This document shows positions 28,015 to 40,192 of a stretch of DNA of 64,000 nt, piece by piece. The first letter of the stretch is position 1. Every line of letters begins with the position of its first letter. Position numbers and translations under genes: made by a program. Origin of the DNA: Geosiphon pyriformis uo1. Its lineage: Eukaryota; Fungi; Glomeromycota. The DNA lies in contig JAAOMT010000003.1 in NCBI GenBank assembly GCA_016748015.1, positions 1,549,365-1,613,364 on the forward strand, written 5' to 3'. The notes beneath the pieces were generated by a model that worked only from the letters and a program-made list of their open reading frames with translations, did no database searches and was not told the origin of the DNA.

Positions 28015-28989
28015 AAAAAATTTTTCTAATTGAACAAATTATCAATTTCAAAAATGATAGCTATTAACATTTTGACTCGTGCTGAGTACTCCCCGAAACG
28101 CATGCAGGAAGTATTATGTTTATTTTTTTTTCAGCAATTTGCTATCATCTCATTTGACTGGATGGATGGATGGATGAATGAATGAATGAATCAATAGGAT
28201 TGATAATCATCATTCATTTTTAATTTCCTCGGAACAAATATTTGAGGTTTTAAGCAAATCCAAATACCCTAGCCAAAGAAAAAAAAAAGGCATTTTAGAT
28301 TGTTATTAGAAATTAAACAAATAATTTCAACAAGTTTTGATGATTTGAAAACTTTTACGTTAATTATTTGTTTAAAGGATTAAAGTTACAGAAGTCTCAA
28401 TTTTGAATTTAATCAATGTTTTGGTCAAAAATTATTATCTTTTTAATTGAGAACGAGTCGTAAAACAATAATTTTACCGAAAAAAACATTGTACTTGTAA
28501 TTGAAATTATTGATTTTTGAGATGATCCCGGAAAACAAAAACAAACAATGATCGAAAATTCTTTTGATGTTCAACTTTTATTTTTTTTGGGATGATTTCA
28601 AAGTTCCATTTCATAGTCGGTCTCATAAACATCAGTTGAAACGTTTTAAAACAAGAGAATACAAGAATTTTCGGAAAAACTAGTTTTAAATTTTTTTTTC
28701 AGTATCGATTTTATTAATCCGACAAACCGAGAAATCTTTGTTAAATAATATTTTCATAACATAAAAAATTATTTTCATTATAATAATATCTAAAAACTTG
28801 ACACCATCATTAATTTTCATTATAAAATGAGATTTTCTACTTGGAAGGTTTTTACCTTCTTTTCAAACTTGTTTTTCTCAATCATGAGCTGTCAAAATTA
28901 ATTTTTCCTTTTTAAATTTTATACTTTGTGATTCAATGAAAAAAAAAAATTTTTTTTTTTCACCATTTACAAAATATTAATATTTTGAT

Positions 28990-29022
<33 letters not shown>

Positions 29023-29994
29023 TGACAAAACAGATTAAATTTATTTTTTTCTTTGAAATATTTGAAAACGGGTAAAAATTTTTTTTTAAAAGGCATATTT
29101 CTTGACGCAGAAACTTTTTAAAATAAATTACAAAAAGATAATTTAGTGAAGAAACTATTTTTTTTATTGATCAGATTATTCAGTCAGTCATAAATTTTTT
29201 ATTGTTATAATACATTGATTTTTTAAGATGTTTATTCACATGGATAAATTTTACTTTATTCAATATTTTGTATCAATATTTACTTGCCGCAAAATAAAAT
29301 AAAAATAAAAAATTAAACTATTCTTTAAGAGGTTTATATTATCGTGATATATATCGATATCCCAAAAATATCTGATATATTTTTCTTAGATTAATATATA
29401 TATATATATATATATATTAATTAATTAATTAATTAATGAATCAATTAATTAATGAATCTATATTAGCCCTTAGCAATCCACCTATAGTTTTTCTATTCGC
29501 TCAACTTAGGTTTATCTTTTTGTCATCGTTTTTGACAGACTATCTTTTTACCAGTTTTTCTTAATGGAAACTCGGTAAATCTTTTTTAAACACAAATTAT
29601 TTCAAAGAGAAATTAAGTTTAAATATGAGATTACTAATAATTTTTTATTATATTAAAAGATTTTCGGTAAAAAAATGTAGAAAAGAGAATGGTTTTTTTC
29701 GAATAATAGTAATAATAGTAATAGTAGTAATAGTAATAATAGTTGTAATAATTATAATTACAATAAAATTATAATCAAACTTTAATTATTAATAAAAAAT
29801 TTTAAATTAATAATCAACTATCTACTAAATTTAAGAAAGAGTGTTATACTTTAGTAATTCGAACATTCATTTAAAAAAAAAAAACTTTTATACGATAACA
29901 AACCAAAAATTTTTTTAAGTTTAAAGTAAAGAAACCAATTTTTGGTTTCCTTTCAAACTAAAAGATGCTCCCTTTTCGCTGAATAAACAGATTC

Positions 29995-29997
<3 letters not shown>

Positions 29998-30048
<51 letters not shown>
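29998..30048 (+). repeat. (TTA)n microsatellite
   Basis: Directly visible. Confidence 0.9.
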
Positions 30049-30054
<6 letters not shown>

Positions 30055-30836
30055 CTATCATTATTATTGTCATTTAGTTAAAATAAGATTTCTTGTTTAT
30101 TCATTAATTAAAAAACGGTTGAATTCGTGTCAAACACATGGAATGTTAGAACTGAGAGAGATCAAATTAAGAGTTTTTTTCATTTATTCTTTGCATTACA
30201 ATGTGATTTTCAGAGTTTTAAAGGATTGTTTTAATTAACAAATGAATTAATGAATTAATTAATAACCAAATATCCCGCAATACCAAACATCTTTTTCCCC
30301 CTACTTCTTTAGTTTAACCAAATTTAAATCATTCTGCAAAACTATTTTATTTGCGGGTGTAAATTCAGTGACAATATTAAATACAAGACCTTTTTTAAAA
30401 AAACGTGTAGATCTAAATCTAGACTTTTCTTTTTTCATACTAAATGAAGGATTTAATAATCATAATGATTTGTTCGATTCTAACATTTTGGATCGTCTAA
30501 ATGGATGACTATCTTTTAAATGAGCAATTCCGAAAAAAGAAATTGAAAAAGTTCATTTTCCAAAGGGTTTCAAAAATCCCAACCACAATTATTAATTATT
30601 ATTATGAGATCATTTTTTTTTTCTATTGCAAAAAATTTTAACATGACATGTGGTCACTCGAAAATTTTTGTTTAAAAAAAAAAACCTTTGTATAGAAATA
30701 AAATCAAGTCTTTCAAAATTGATATTCGTAAGATAAGATCTAGTCTATCAGATTACTTTTTATTTCAAAAATTATTTATGTGTCCTATATACACATATTG
30801 GATGAAATTAAATGTAAATAGATTTTCAAAAAGAAA

Positions 30837-30871
<35 letters not shown>

Positions 30872-31949
30872 ACAAAAAAGAAAATGTATTTTTGAAATAC
30901 CATAAAAAATTTTTAAAATATTAAAATATTTTTTTGATGTCAACATTTTATGACATGATAATAATAAAAGAGAATTTTAGAAAGGCAAATAATTTCAAGG
31001 TTTAATTAATTTTTCAATAAACTATTTGGAATTCAAAAGATTTGGCAATAAAAAACGTACATGTATATAAAATCGGGGATTTTTTAATGTCCAATGTGAA
31101 ACTTGTCAAAACATGGAAAACAATGGAAAACCATGAAATTAATAATGTTTTTTTATTATCATAAAAAAATAAATTTAGGGTAAAGTGAATAGAATTTAAC
31201 AAATTTTTATACCAAAGCTAGAATTTCTTATTTTTAACCATTTTTAGACTTTAAATGTCACTTTGAAAATTTTTAAATAAAACATATAAAATTTGTTTTT
31301 GCAAACAAAAACGATAATGAAAATTATTTTTATATTAACATGATAAATTTTAATATAAAAATAATAAACCTTTATTTAAATTAACCATTTTCTTCATTAA
31401 GTTATTTCCAAATGCAAATTTTAAACAATCTTTGAAATTCTATCAGTTGTTTCCTTCAATAAAAGAAGAAACAAATTCTTGCTTTTGTTTTTAATTTTAA
31501 TTTTTTACTCTAGCTATTTTCTTTCAGTTTCTGAAAATCATCTTCATAACATATTGGTGGATATATTGATTATCCCTATTAGCTTAAAATCAGACGATAA
31601 TTAAACATTTAACGCGCGAAAACCAAACAAAATTAAAAAGCTATTTCAAAGCCGAGCCAGAGCCTTTTAATCCGAAGGGAAAACTATGTTCACATAAGCT
31701 TAAAATCTTCATAACACACAAACAGGTTTAAACCATTTTTTGAGTCGACATATGGGTAAAAAGAATTAAGGATAGCCCAGATCAAATTTTTTATTTGTTT
31801 ATGGCTAAATTATTGAGCCAGTAAATTTTAAGTTTTCGAATCTGCAATGAAAGTTGGCTTTGAAGGTAATATATAAATATGCTTTGGCTTTAAAAATTTA
31901 CCTTGAATTATCAGGCTCTTTCAATAATTACTGCATGTGACTTTATAAT

Positions 31950-34600
31950 AACAGTTAATTACATTGTTATATATGAAATAAAATATTTTTCACAAATTTT
32001 ATGAAACTTGCAAAAAAGTTTCAATATTGAATTATTTTAATGAGTCATTTTGAAGTCTTTTTATCTCTTTATGCAACTTTAATAATGTTTTATAATATTT
32101 TAAATTGATAATATTTTTAAGGTCTTGCTGTACAAAATATTGTATTATTAATTATAGAGCATTCCGTGCTTCTTTGTGAATAATTTTTTGACATTTTATG
32201 CTTATTCTTTTTTCACTACTATTCTTTTTAATAATTAAATTCATAATTTTTTGATTAATAAGTAGTTTATCTATGTGTGTTTCTTTGAATAATTGATGTG
32301 TTTACTAATATTTATTACATTTTGCAAGTAAAGCATTTTAATATCTGTTTGCAACTCTTTTATTATTAAAACTATTATTATTCCTAATATTATTGTTATC
32401 ACTGATATTATTGTCATTATTAATATTATTTTTTATATACATAAAACTAAAATATTTTACAATATTTATAATTTATAAATATTTTACATATAATTAATTA
32501 TTTAGTTCTAAATTAATAAATAATATTTATTTAACAAACCAAAAAAACTTATTGTTTTTTATTTATCAAAGCTTTTATCAAATGTTTAATTATTATAAAC
32601 ATACTTTTACATCTGTTTTATTGTTGGTTTTTTTTAAATTTCACTTTATTATTTTGTAAATTTCATATTTTATATATTTTACAATAAATTTATTTTTTTT
32701 ATTATAAACATCCGAAAAATAAGTTTTTTATTTTATTTTAAGCTGTTTAGTAAACCAGTAACTAAGTTATAAATACACTTTATCTAAGTTTTTAAAAAAA
32801 CAAAATAGTTTTTAATATTTATAAAAAGATTTATTTTAATAGTAAAAAAACCAAAAATCAAATTTTTCAATAATAAATTATATTAAACCAAAAAGTTAAC
32901 TAATTTGGTTTTAAATATATTATAAAAAACAATAACTTTTTTTAATTAATAAAAAAAGAATTTTAATGATATTTTTTATTGTTAAAATTAATTTATAAGC
33001 TAAAACAACTTTAAAAGCTTTAAAAACTTGAAATACACAAAATTATATTGTTATAAACCAATAAGCTTTGTATTAATATTAAAAACTTTATAAAAAATAC
33101 TAAAAATGTTAACTTTATTCAAAGAAGTTCAATATTATTTTTACTAACTAATTTTAATTAATAAATTTATAATGTATTCAAAAAGAAGTTTTCTAACTTT
33201 CATTTTATTAGTTTAATTTTTGTAATTAAATAACTTAATAAGTTGATTAAATAAAGTATATATAAAAATATAACTTGTTTTGTTTTTAAAACCAAAAAAA
33301 TATTTAAAATTCAAATATTAAGTAATTCAGTTATAATTTATTTAAATTAGCTTTAACAAACATATTACTATTGCTATTGCTATTATTTAAAAAACATTAT
33401 TGTTTATAAACAGATTAAGATTGAGTATTATAATTAGTGCAGCTGTAAAAAAATTGGTAAAAATATCAAAAACTAAAAAAAGCCAATATTTTATTTTTTT
33501 ATAAAAAAAGAATTAATAACAATAATTTTGGAAAAAACAGTTGCTTTTTTATATCTTTGACTTTTTGAATTATTTAAACAATAATAGATAGAGTTGTTAT
33601 AGAAAAAAGTAGCTTTGTTACCAGTTTGCTATTGGAAATTTTTAACTTTTTGGAATAATAGCAATTACATTAAAACTGGCTTTATTTAATTATTAAAAAA
33701 GAAAAAAACTTTTACTTTAAGTCAAAAAAATGTTATTTTATCTGCCAAAAACTGCTTTGTATTTATATTATTTAAAAAAATGCTGTTTAGCTAAATTAAA
33801 ATTTGAATTTTTGAGAAAAAAGTTTTATTTTTATTTTTATTTTTTTTTGTTTTGGCTGTTATCATAAAAATACAAGAAAAAGTTTTTTTGTATTAATATA
33901 AATTAATTATTAATTATTAAATATATAATTACATATTGAAAAAATAAGTAAGCTCTATTCATATTATATATTTTTTAATTTTTGTGCAAAGTTTTTGTTA
34001 TCATTGTAAATATTAATACTATTTTATTTTGATTTTATAAAATTTATTCATGCAATAGATTTATTATCTTTGATTATTAAAAAGTTGTTTGTTTTTTTGT
34101 AACAACTTTTTTATAATTTTTCTTAAATAGTTAATAGTAATTTGATAAATATATATATAAAATGTTTTTAATTTAATTGACAAGATCAGCTTGAATTTTG
34201 GTCTTTAAACATGATTATTGTAAGTCTTTACTTATTATTTAAAGTGTTTCTGGAAGACATATAAAATATTAATAGTTTAGAAAGTAACATATTAGAATTG
34301 GATGTGTTGAGATAAATGAATATTAACTAAATATCTTAATTTTTTATGTTAAAATTGATTCAAAATATGCATTTAACGTAGCAACAAAATTTTTCATATT
34401 GTTGACATGCTGACATTTAATTTTTTGCAAATTGAATGCAAAGTTTATTGTAATTCTTTTTTTGAATTTATAAAAAGACTTTAAATATATTTTCTTAAAC
34501 ATAATTGTGAATTAACTTGTTAAAATTTCAACAACTTTAGAATAAATTATTGATTTTTAATATATAATAATATGTGGTACAACAAAAAAAATAAAATAAG
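31950..34600. mobile_element. Second hyper-AT decayed TE block
   Basis: Same composition as 5450-14460; 33744-33890 aligns by eye with 12926-13115 (gccaaaaactgctttgtattt vs gccaaagactgctttgtattt; ataaaaatacaagaaaaag vs ataaaaatacaaagaaaaag). Confidence 0.65.
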
Positions 34601-35162
34601 TTTAATATATACAAATAATTTACACATAAATAACAATAATTAACGCAGATATTAACATTTTTGAACGAAAATTCGAAAAACACTCTAATAATTAATAAAT
34701 TCATTTTAAAAATGTGAATTTTGTGAGGTTAAAAACTAAACTGTGAATCATTTAACACATCTAGATTGATAAAAACATCAAGTGTTTTAATCAAGTAACA
34801 AAAATAGAACTCAAAATGGCAAAATTTTTTTGTTTGAAATTTTCTTGGTCCATGCAATTTAATCACATATCGCGTTTACAGAGAAATTCACTTTAATAAG
34901 TCTGTACGTGTTTCTTTGGGCCTTTGAATTACCTGTAAAAGGCTTTAATACAAATCTAATGGAGAAAAAATTAGCAAGGTTTTGATTTTTTTTGAAAAAT
35001 AGAAACTTTTTTTGCAATAATAAATTATAATTTTAATTAAAAATAAAATTTGAAGCAGACAAATCTACAGTATTATTACTATTAATGTACAAATTAGCTA
35101 AACATTTATGTTTTGAAAGTATAATATTAAATTAATTAAATCTAATTATCAAAAATTCTCTA

Positions 35163-35720
35163 TCAGACTTCAATCTTTTCTTTTAAATTATTAGTTCCTT
35201 TAAAGCGAGATTGTTTTGGTTCATGGCCAAAAAGATGAAAGACCAAGAGGCTAATTGACAAAATTGACAAAAGCAAGAATATAATAGCAACTATTGAAAT
35301 TAGCACCCATTTAATGGTTTCCCTTTGATTGTCATTGGTGTTAAAATCTATACTTGAAATTTGTGTTGTTAAGGGTTCTATTATACTGGTTACAATTCTA
35401 GGGGTGCTTGAAATAGTCTCCTTCATGCTTAAATTGGAAAAGGTGGCAGAAATTTTGGAAATTTTAGTTTTAGTGTATAAATGTTCTTCTGTTCGAGTTG
35501 AAACAATTCGTTCGGCAGTGGTGGGATACAGTGAATTAATTAATATTATTATTGTCATTTGAGCAAATTCTCTTTTCCTAAAACTGAAATTGGAAAGTGG
35601 TGACAATAGATATGAAAGTATTTCAAAAAATTTGGTATGTTGATGAGAACATCGCATGGACGATGTCAGTTGTTGCGGATTCTGAACTTGTTTTGTGCAT
35701 TTTTGTTTTGAATTTACCAT
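35163..35720 (-). CDS. Ser/Thr-rich membrane protein of unknown function, 185 aa (start may be the internal Met)
   Basis: Open frame in AT-rich surroundings; S/T-rich region followed by a clear TM helix WVLISIVAIIFLLLSILSISLLVFHLF and a short basic tail. Confidence 0.65.
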   Translation of the reverse strand: MVNSKQKCTKQVQNPQQLTSSMRCSHQHTKFFEILSYLLSPLSNFSFRKREFAQMTIIILINSLYPTTAERIVSTRTEEHLYTKTKISKISATFSNLSMKETISSTPRIVTSIIEPLTTQISSIDFNTNDNQRETIKWVLISIVAIIFLLLSILSISLLVFHLFGHEPKQSRFKGTNNLKEKIEV

Positions 35721-37390
35721 GGTAGAAAAGTGTATTTTTTGTAGAAAGTTTGGTTGTTTTCAATTTATGAAATTTCAAAGTTTTAACTCTTTTGTGAGAT
35801 TTAACTGAATTGCAATTTTTTAATTTATAAAAAATGACTTTAATAAAATTTTTTAGCTCGATAAAACAAAGTAAAAATTTTTTGTCTTCCAGTTATCACT
35901 TTTAAAGCTTTTTCAGCTATTCATAAAATCTTGTAAAATTTAATTTCCTTTGATTGACGTGAAATAGAATTTTCCGAGCCCATCATTTTCTAAATGACAT
36001 TTCATTAATTTAACCTGTAAAACGATTTTCCGAATTATAATTTTTTTTATATATTAAATGCATAAACATTAAATGCAACTCACACGTTTTACTACATGTG
36101 AACAGCAACTCGATTTAATAAAGTTAATAATTCCAGAGAGAAAGATTAATATATAAAGAAAAATGTCTTTTTAGAAGTAAGAAAATCCGTAAAAACTAAC
36201 CATATTTTACTATATTCAAAAGTTATATTATATATCATTCATTATAATTAATTTTTTGATAGAATTAACACGAGGGACCGATCCCAAGCAAATTAGAATA
36301 TCTTAAACTTTATTGCTTTTTAAATCTTCTAAGAAATCTAAAATCACACATAAAAATACTTTTTTCTTCTGTAGCTTTACCCACTTTATTTCTGATCATT
36401 CAGACGGCAATGCCGGTTTGTCAGCTAAATTACAAATTTAAATTACTAAGCTCGAAAATTATTTTGCTTTTAATCATATATATACAGTATAGTATAATTG
36501 TTTTTTTTTATTCTTATTTAATGAATAATTATTCTACATAATTTTTTCTATTAATAGAAGAATAAGATAAATTTACTTAAGACCATTTTTTAAATATATA
36601 ATTAAAAAAATGATTACAAACTGTGCCACAATTTAATTTAATAAATAAGTTTACTTAATATTATTTTATAAACTTTTTTTTTAATCTTATTTTCTCCAAG
36701 TTTAAAGTAAATCAATAAGAAATTGGATGGCTAATCATGCTTAGTAGTTTTCCTAAACTTGCTGGACTCATGTTTACTATAGACATTTACATGTACTAGG
36801 ATAGTAGGCTACACTCATTTAAGCATTTGAATAATGATCTTAAATAAACTTATTTTTTAAATATCAAAAAAACATATGTTATTAATATTTATTAATTAAA
36901 AAATATTCATTTCAAAAATAATTTTTCTTCATTGTACCTTAGATTGTTAGGTAAACTATAAGGGTAAAAAGTTAACGACCATGATTTTTTTGCCAAATAG
37001 TAATTCTACCATTTCGAGAGCTTGTTAAATTATATATAGCTAAAATAATTATTTCATGATATATTTTCCTAGTTACAATAAATTGGTATCAATCTCTTTA
37101 TTAGAAATATTCATTTCAACCAACGAAAATGATAGAGAGCTACATGCCAAAAAATCCCTAGATTGTAAAAAGGGTCCAAAACCCCATTAGTTGCTATATC
37201 AGGGATTAGGTATTCAAACTCAAATTTTCATAAAGGATATTCATCTTTTAATAAAGACTAAAAGAATTCCTGCCATATTGTTTTTTTTTTAAAAAAAATG
37301 GATTCATCCCACTAAAAATGCTTTGGAAAAAAAGAAATTAATAATAGAAAGTGTTGATGAAAATAAACCCCTTTTTTAAAAAAATTTTGA

Positions 37391-38287
37391 TCATCTAATC
37401 AAACAGCTTTTTCTTAAAACTTGAGAATAATTAATTTCCTTTTTCAGCCGCAACACCACCACAATATAAGCCGAAGCATTCTGTAAATTCCATTCTAAAT
37501 CAGGGAACAATCTCACAAGGTTTTCCCCAAGTTCACTTCCAAACAGATACAAGAGTCGGAACCCACACATTTCAAAGTTTTTGAAAATCGATAAATTCTG
37601 CATGGGTGCATCAATTATTATATTCGAACTTCCGGTACGCGAAAATCGATACTTACCTTTACTAAACGCATCCGAAATTAGGAAATTATTCACACGTGGT
37701 GGACTATGGTAAAATTGTATTTGTAAGGTTTTCTGAAGGTTTTGTTGCATCTGACATATCAAACTTTCGAAAGCGGCGAAGAAATCATTTAATTTTTTTG
37801 CTAATTGAGATTCTTGAAAATCTTCAAGCTCTTGCGCCGTCATTTGTCGTGGTAGAGTGACTCCATATTTTAGATTTATTGGTATTTGAAAAAATTCTAA
37901 TTCTGCCGCTAATTCTTGTTGAGTTACGAGAGTTATCGCTGAAGTTTCGCTATCTGATGGCCATAATAGTTGTCCAGTTCGATAAAATTCTAAAATGTGA
38001 TGAAATGCTCGTCCATTACGATCAAAAAAATATTCATTCCCATTTTCCGGGTGTAAGAGACCGTTATTTCGTTTACTGAACATTGTCCCAAGCAGAGTGT
38101 CTGGATAAGCTGTCAAAGTTGATCGAAATGTTTCGTACTATGCAAATATCAAAAAAAGAGAAATGAGCAAAATACTTGAGATTTGAAGGAGAAATATTTC
38201 TTTTTAATACCCCAAGAGCTCCCACAAAATCACCTTGATCCCACCAATATTCAGTACAATTCTTTCATCATTCAAATTTGTCGCCAT
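37391..38287 (-). CDS. BTB/POZ (BTB_2, KCTD/T1-type) protein, ~266 aa; exons 38287-38234 and 38137-37391
   Basis: MATNLNDERIVLNIGGIK | YETFRSTLTAYPDTLLGTMF...EYFFDRNGRAFHHILEFYRTGQL...ELEFFQIP; canonical GT..AG phase-0 intron. Confidence 0.93.
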
Positions 38288-39000
38288 TATTTTACTAATT
38301 TTCCAATTGATAAATTCAACTTGCAAAAAATGGTCTTTCCAATGTTTTTCTAATTCAATATCCATGATAATTGCCTATAATATAGCAATCTTAGATAAGA
38401 GAAGATATTTCTGAAACGCAAATCAAATAAACAAATTTTATAACTAAGACAGCGTATACCCTTGAACTTTCAATATTCGTTTAAAAATTCAAGTTTTGGT
38501 AATAGTTTTGATGATCTGTTTGAAATTGGTATCAGTTTGTGATAAATATTTTGCTAAAAGAATCAAATAAAGTAATCTTGCATGCAAACTAGTTTCTGAA
38601 ACTGCATCACTCGTTTCTGACATCTTCTATTTCACTTAATGTTGCTTTTTAACAAAAAGAAGTTTTTAATAAAGGGTACACACATATGACCTTTTTCAAG
38701 ATTTCTGTTTTTAAAGTTTATTAGCCTCAGAGCCTCATTTTTAATGAAAAGTCAAGTTATATTTCATTTATGCAATTTAGTTTAAATAAAAAAATCTTTA
38801 TAAAAGAAAAAGGTTGTGAACCTCAAATTGTTAAAAGATACTTTAAATAAATAAAAAAATTATTGAAAAATAATGTCCTTTACATATTCAGGTAACTATT
38901 GAAGGAGTAATTACGATGGTGAAATTCTGATTATGATTTTAGTGTTCAAGTGAAGCTGAATTTTTACAAATTACATTTTTAATGAGAAGAGAAAATTACA

Positions 39001-40192
39001 TTAATGGATTCTATGATTTTCATAAATTTTTTTTATTTCTTCTTCAGATAATTCTTCATTATCTTCATACCATAAAGCTAAATGCAGGAGGAAATAAAAC
39101 GGTTGAAAATTTATTTAAAGAGAATTTCGGTTAAGTTGAAAAATAATAAACAAATTTTTAACATGTTGAAGAACTTACCAACACTTCCAACTATTTGTGG
39201 AGCTTTCAACGAGACAACATCATCAACTTCGTGAAGAAACATTTTCTAGAAACAAGATTTTTAATTATCAATAAGTCCATACTATCTTCAATCAAAATCG
39301 TTGAATCGTACCTGTGCATCCGCACCAATCACTCCTCCAACTAAAACAATTTTTCCAGTATAGCCAATCATTCTAATGAAAGAGAGTGTTGCACGAGCAT
39401 TTTGACCAGTTTGAATACCATCGGTGACGAGAATAATTGTAGCATTTTCCCCAGAAGGAAACGAAATATTGGTTGTTGAGAGTTTTTTGGCAAGATTTTG
39501 AATTTTCGCACGCTATAGAAGTTAAAATATATGTTAATCAGGAGTTTCTCTTTTTTTTTTTAAATTTTATGTTTTTGGTTTTACTAGGAATATATAAGTG
39601 ACTTACTTCCAGTGTAACAGCTGCGTCTATTGTTTCTTGTGTAATATTACTGCCCCTAGAATAAGCGTTGGAATATATAATTAAAAATCATGACCTCAAT
39701 CATATTTGAATGTCTGACAGGTCCTACAAACCTAATAATGTGATCTTTTAACATAACTTGATCTGTCTTGTCACAGATGGCACCAAAAGTCAACCCATTT
39801 ATTTTTAATAAGCGAATAAGGAATAATCCTAGTGGAATATTTAGAGCTTGTGCAATCTCCAATGCGATTTTACTGGCAGACGGTTTGATAGAATATACCA
39901 CTTTAAAAGTCGATTATGAGGAAAAAAAATTTGGAAATTTTTTTTAACGTTTATCCAAGTTTCAAGAATAAACAATTAACACCAGAAAAATTATTTATTT
40001 ACCAGTATTTTTATGGTTTGCGTAATAAGTTAATAACCTGGCAAGCAATTTTCCAACATCAGTGAACGAAGTGAACTTTGAAAGACAATATGAACGTTGA
40101 TTGCCAATAATAATTTGGGAGTGTGTAAGACGAGCAGGCATGCGAATTAAAGATGTTGGGGTAGCCTCGGATAAAATATGTTCAGCGAGCAT
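39001..40192 (-). CDS. Prokaryote-type (COG1926-like) phosphoribosyltransferase-like protein, ~250 aa; exons 40192-40003, 39900-39732, 39655-39607, 39512-39312, 39245-39179, 39077-39001
   Basis: Six exons splice in frame with GT..AG sites (753 nt). FTSFTDVGKLLARLL, IALEIAQALNIPLGLFLIRLL, FGAI, TIILVTDGIQTGQNARATL, EVDDVVSLKAP, WYEDNEELSEEEI follow the colinear pattern I recall for the bacterial predicted-PRTase family. Confidence 0.85.
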
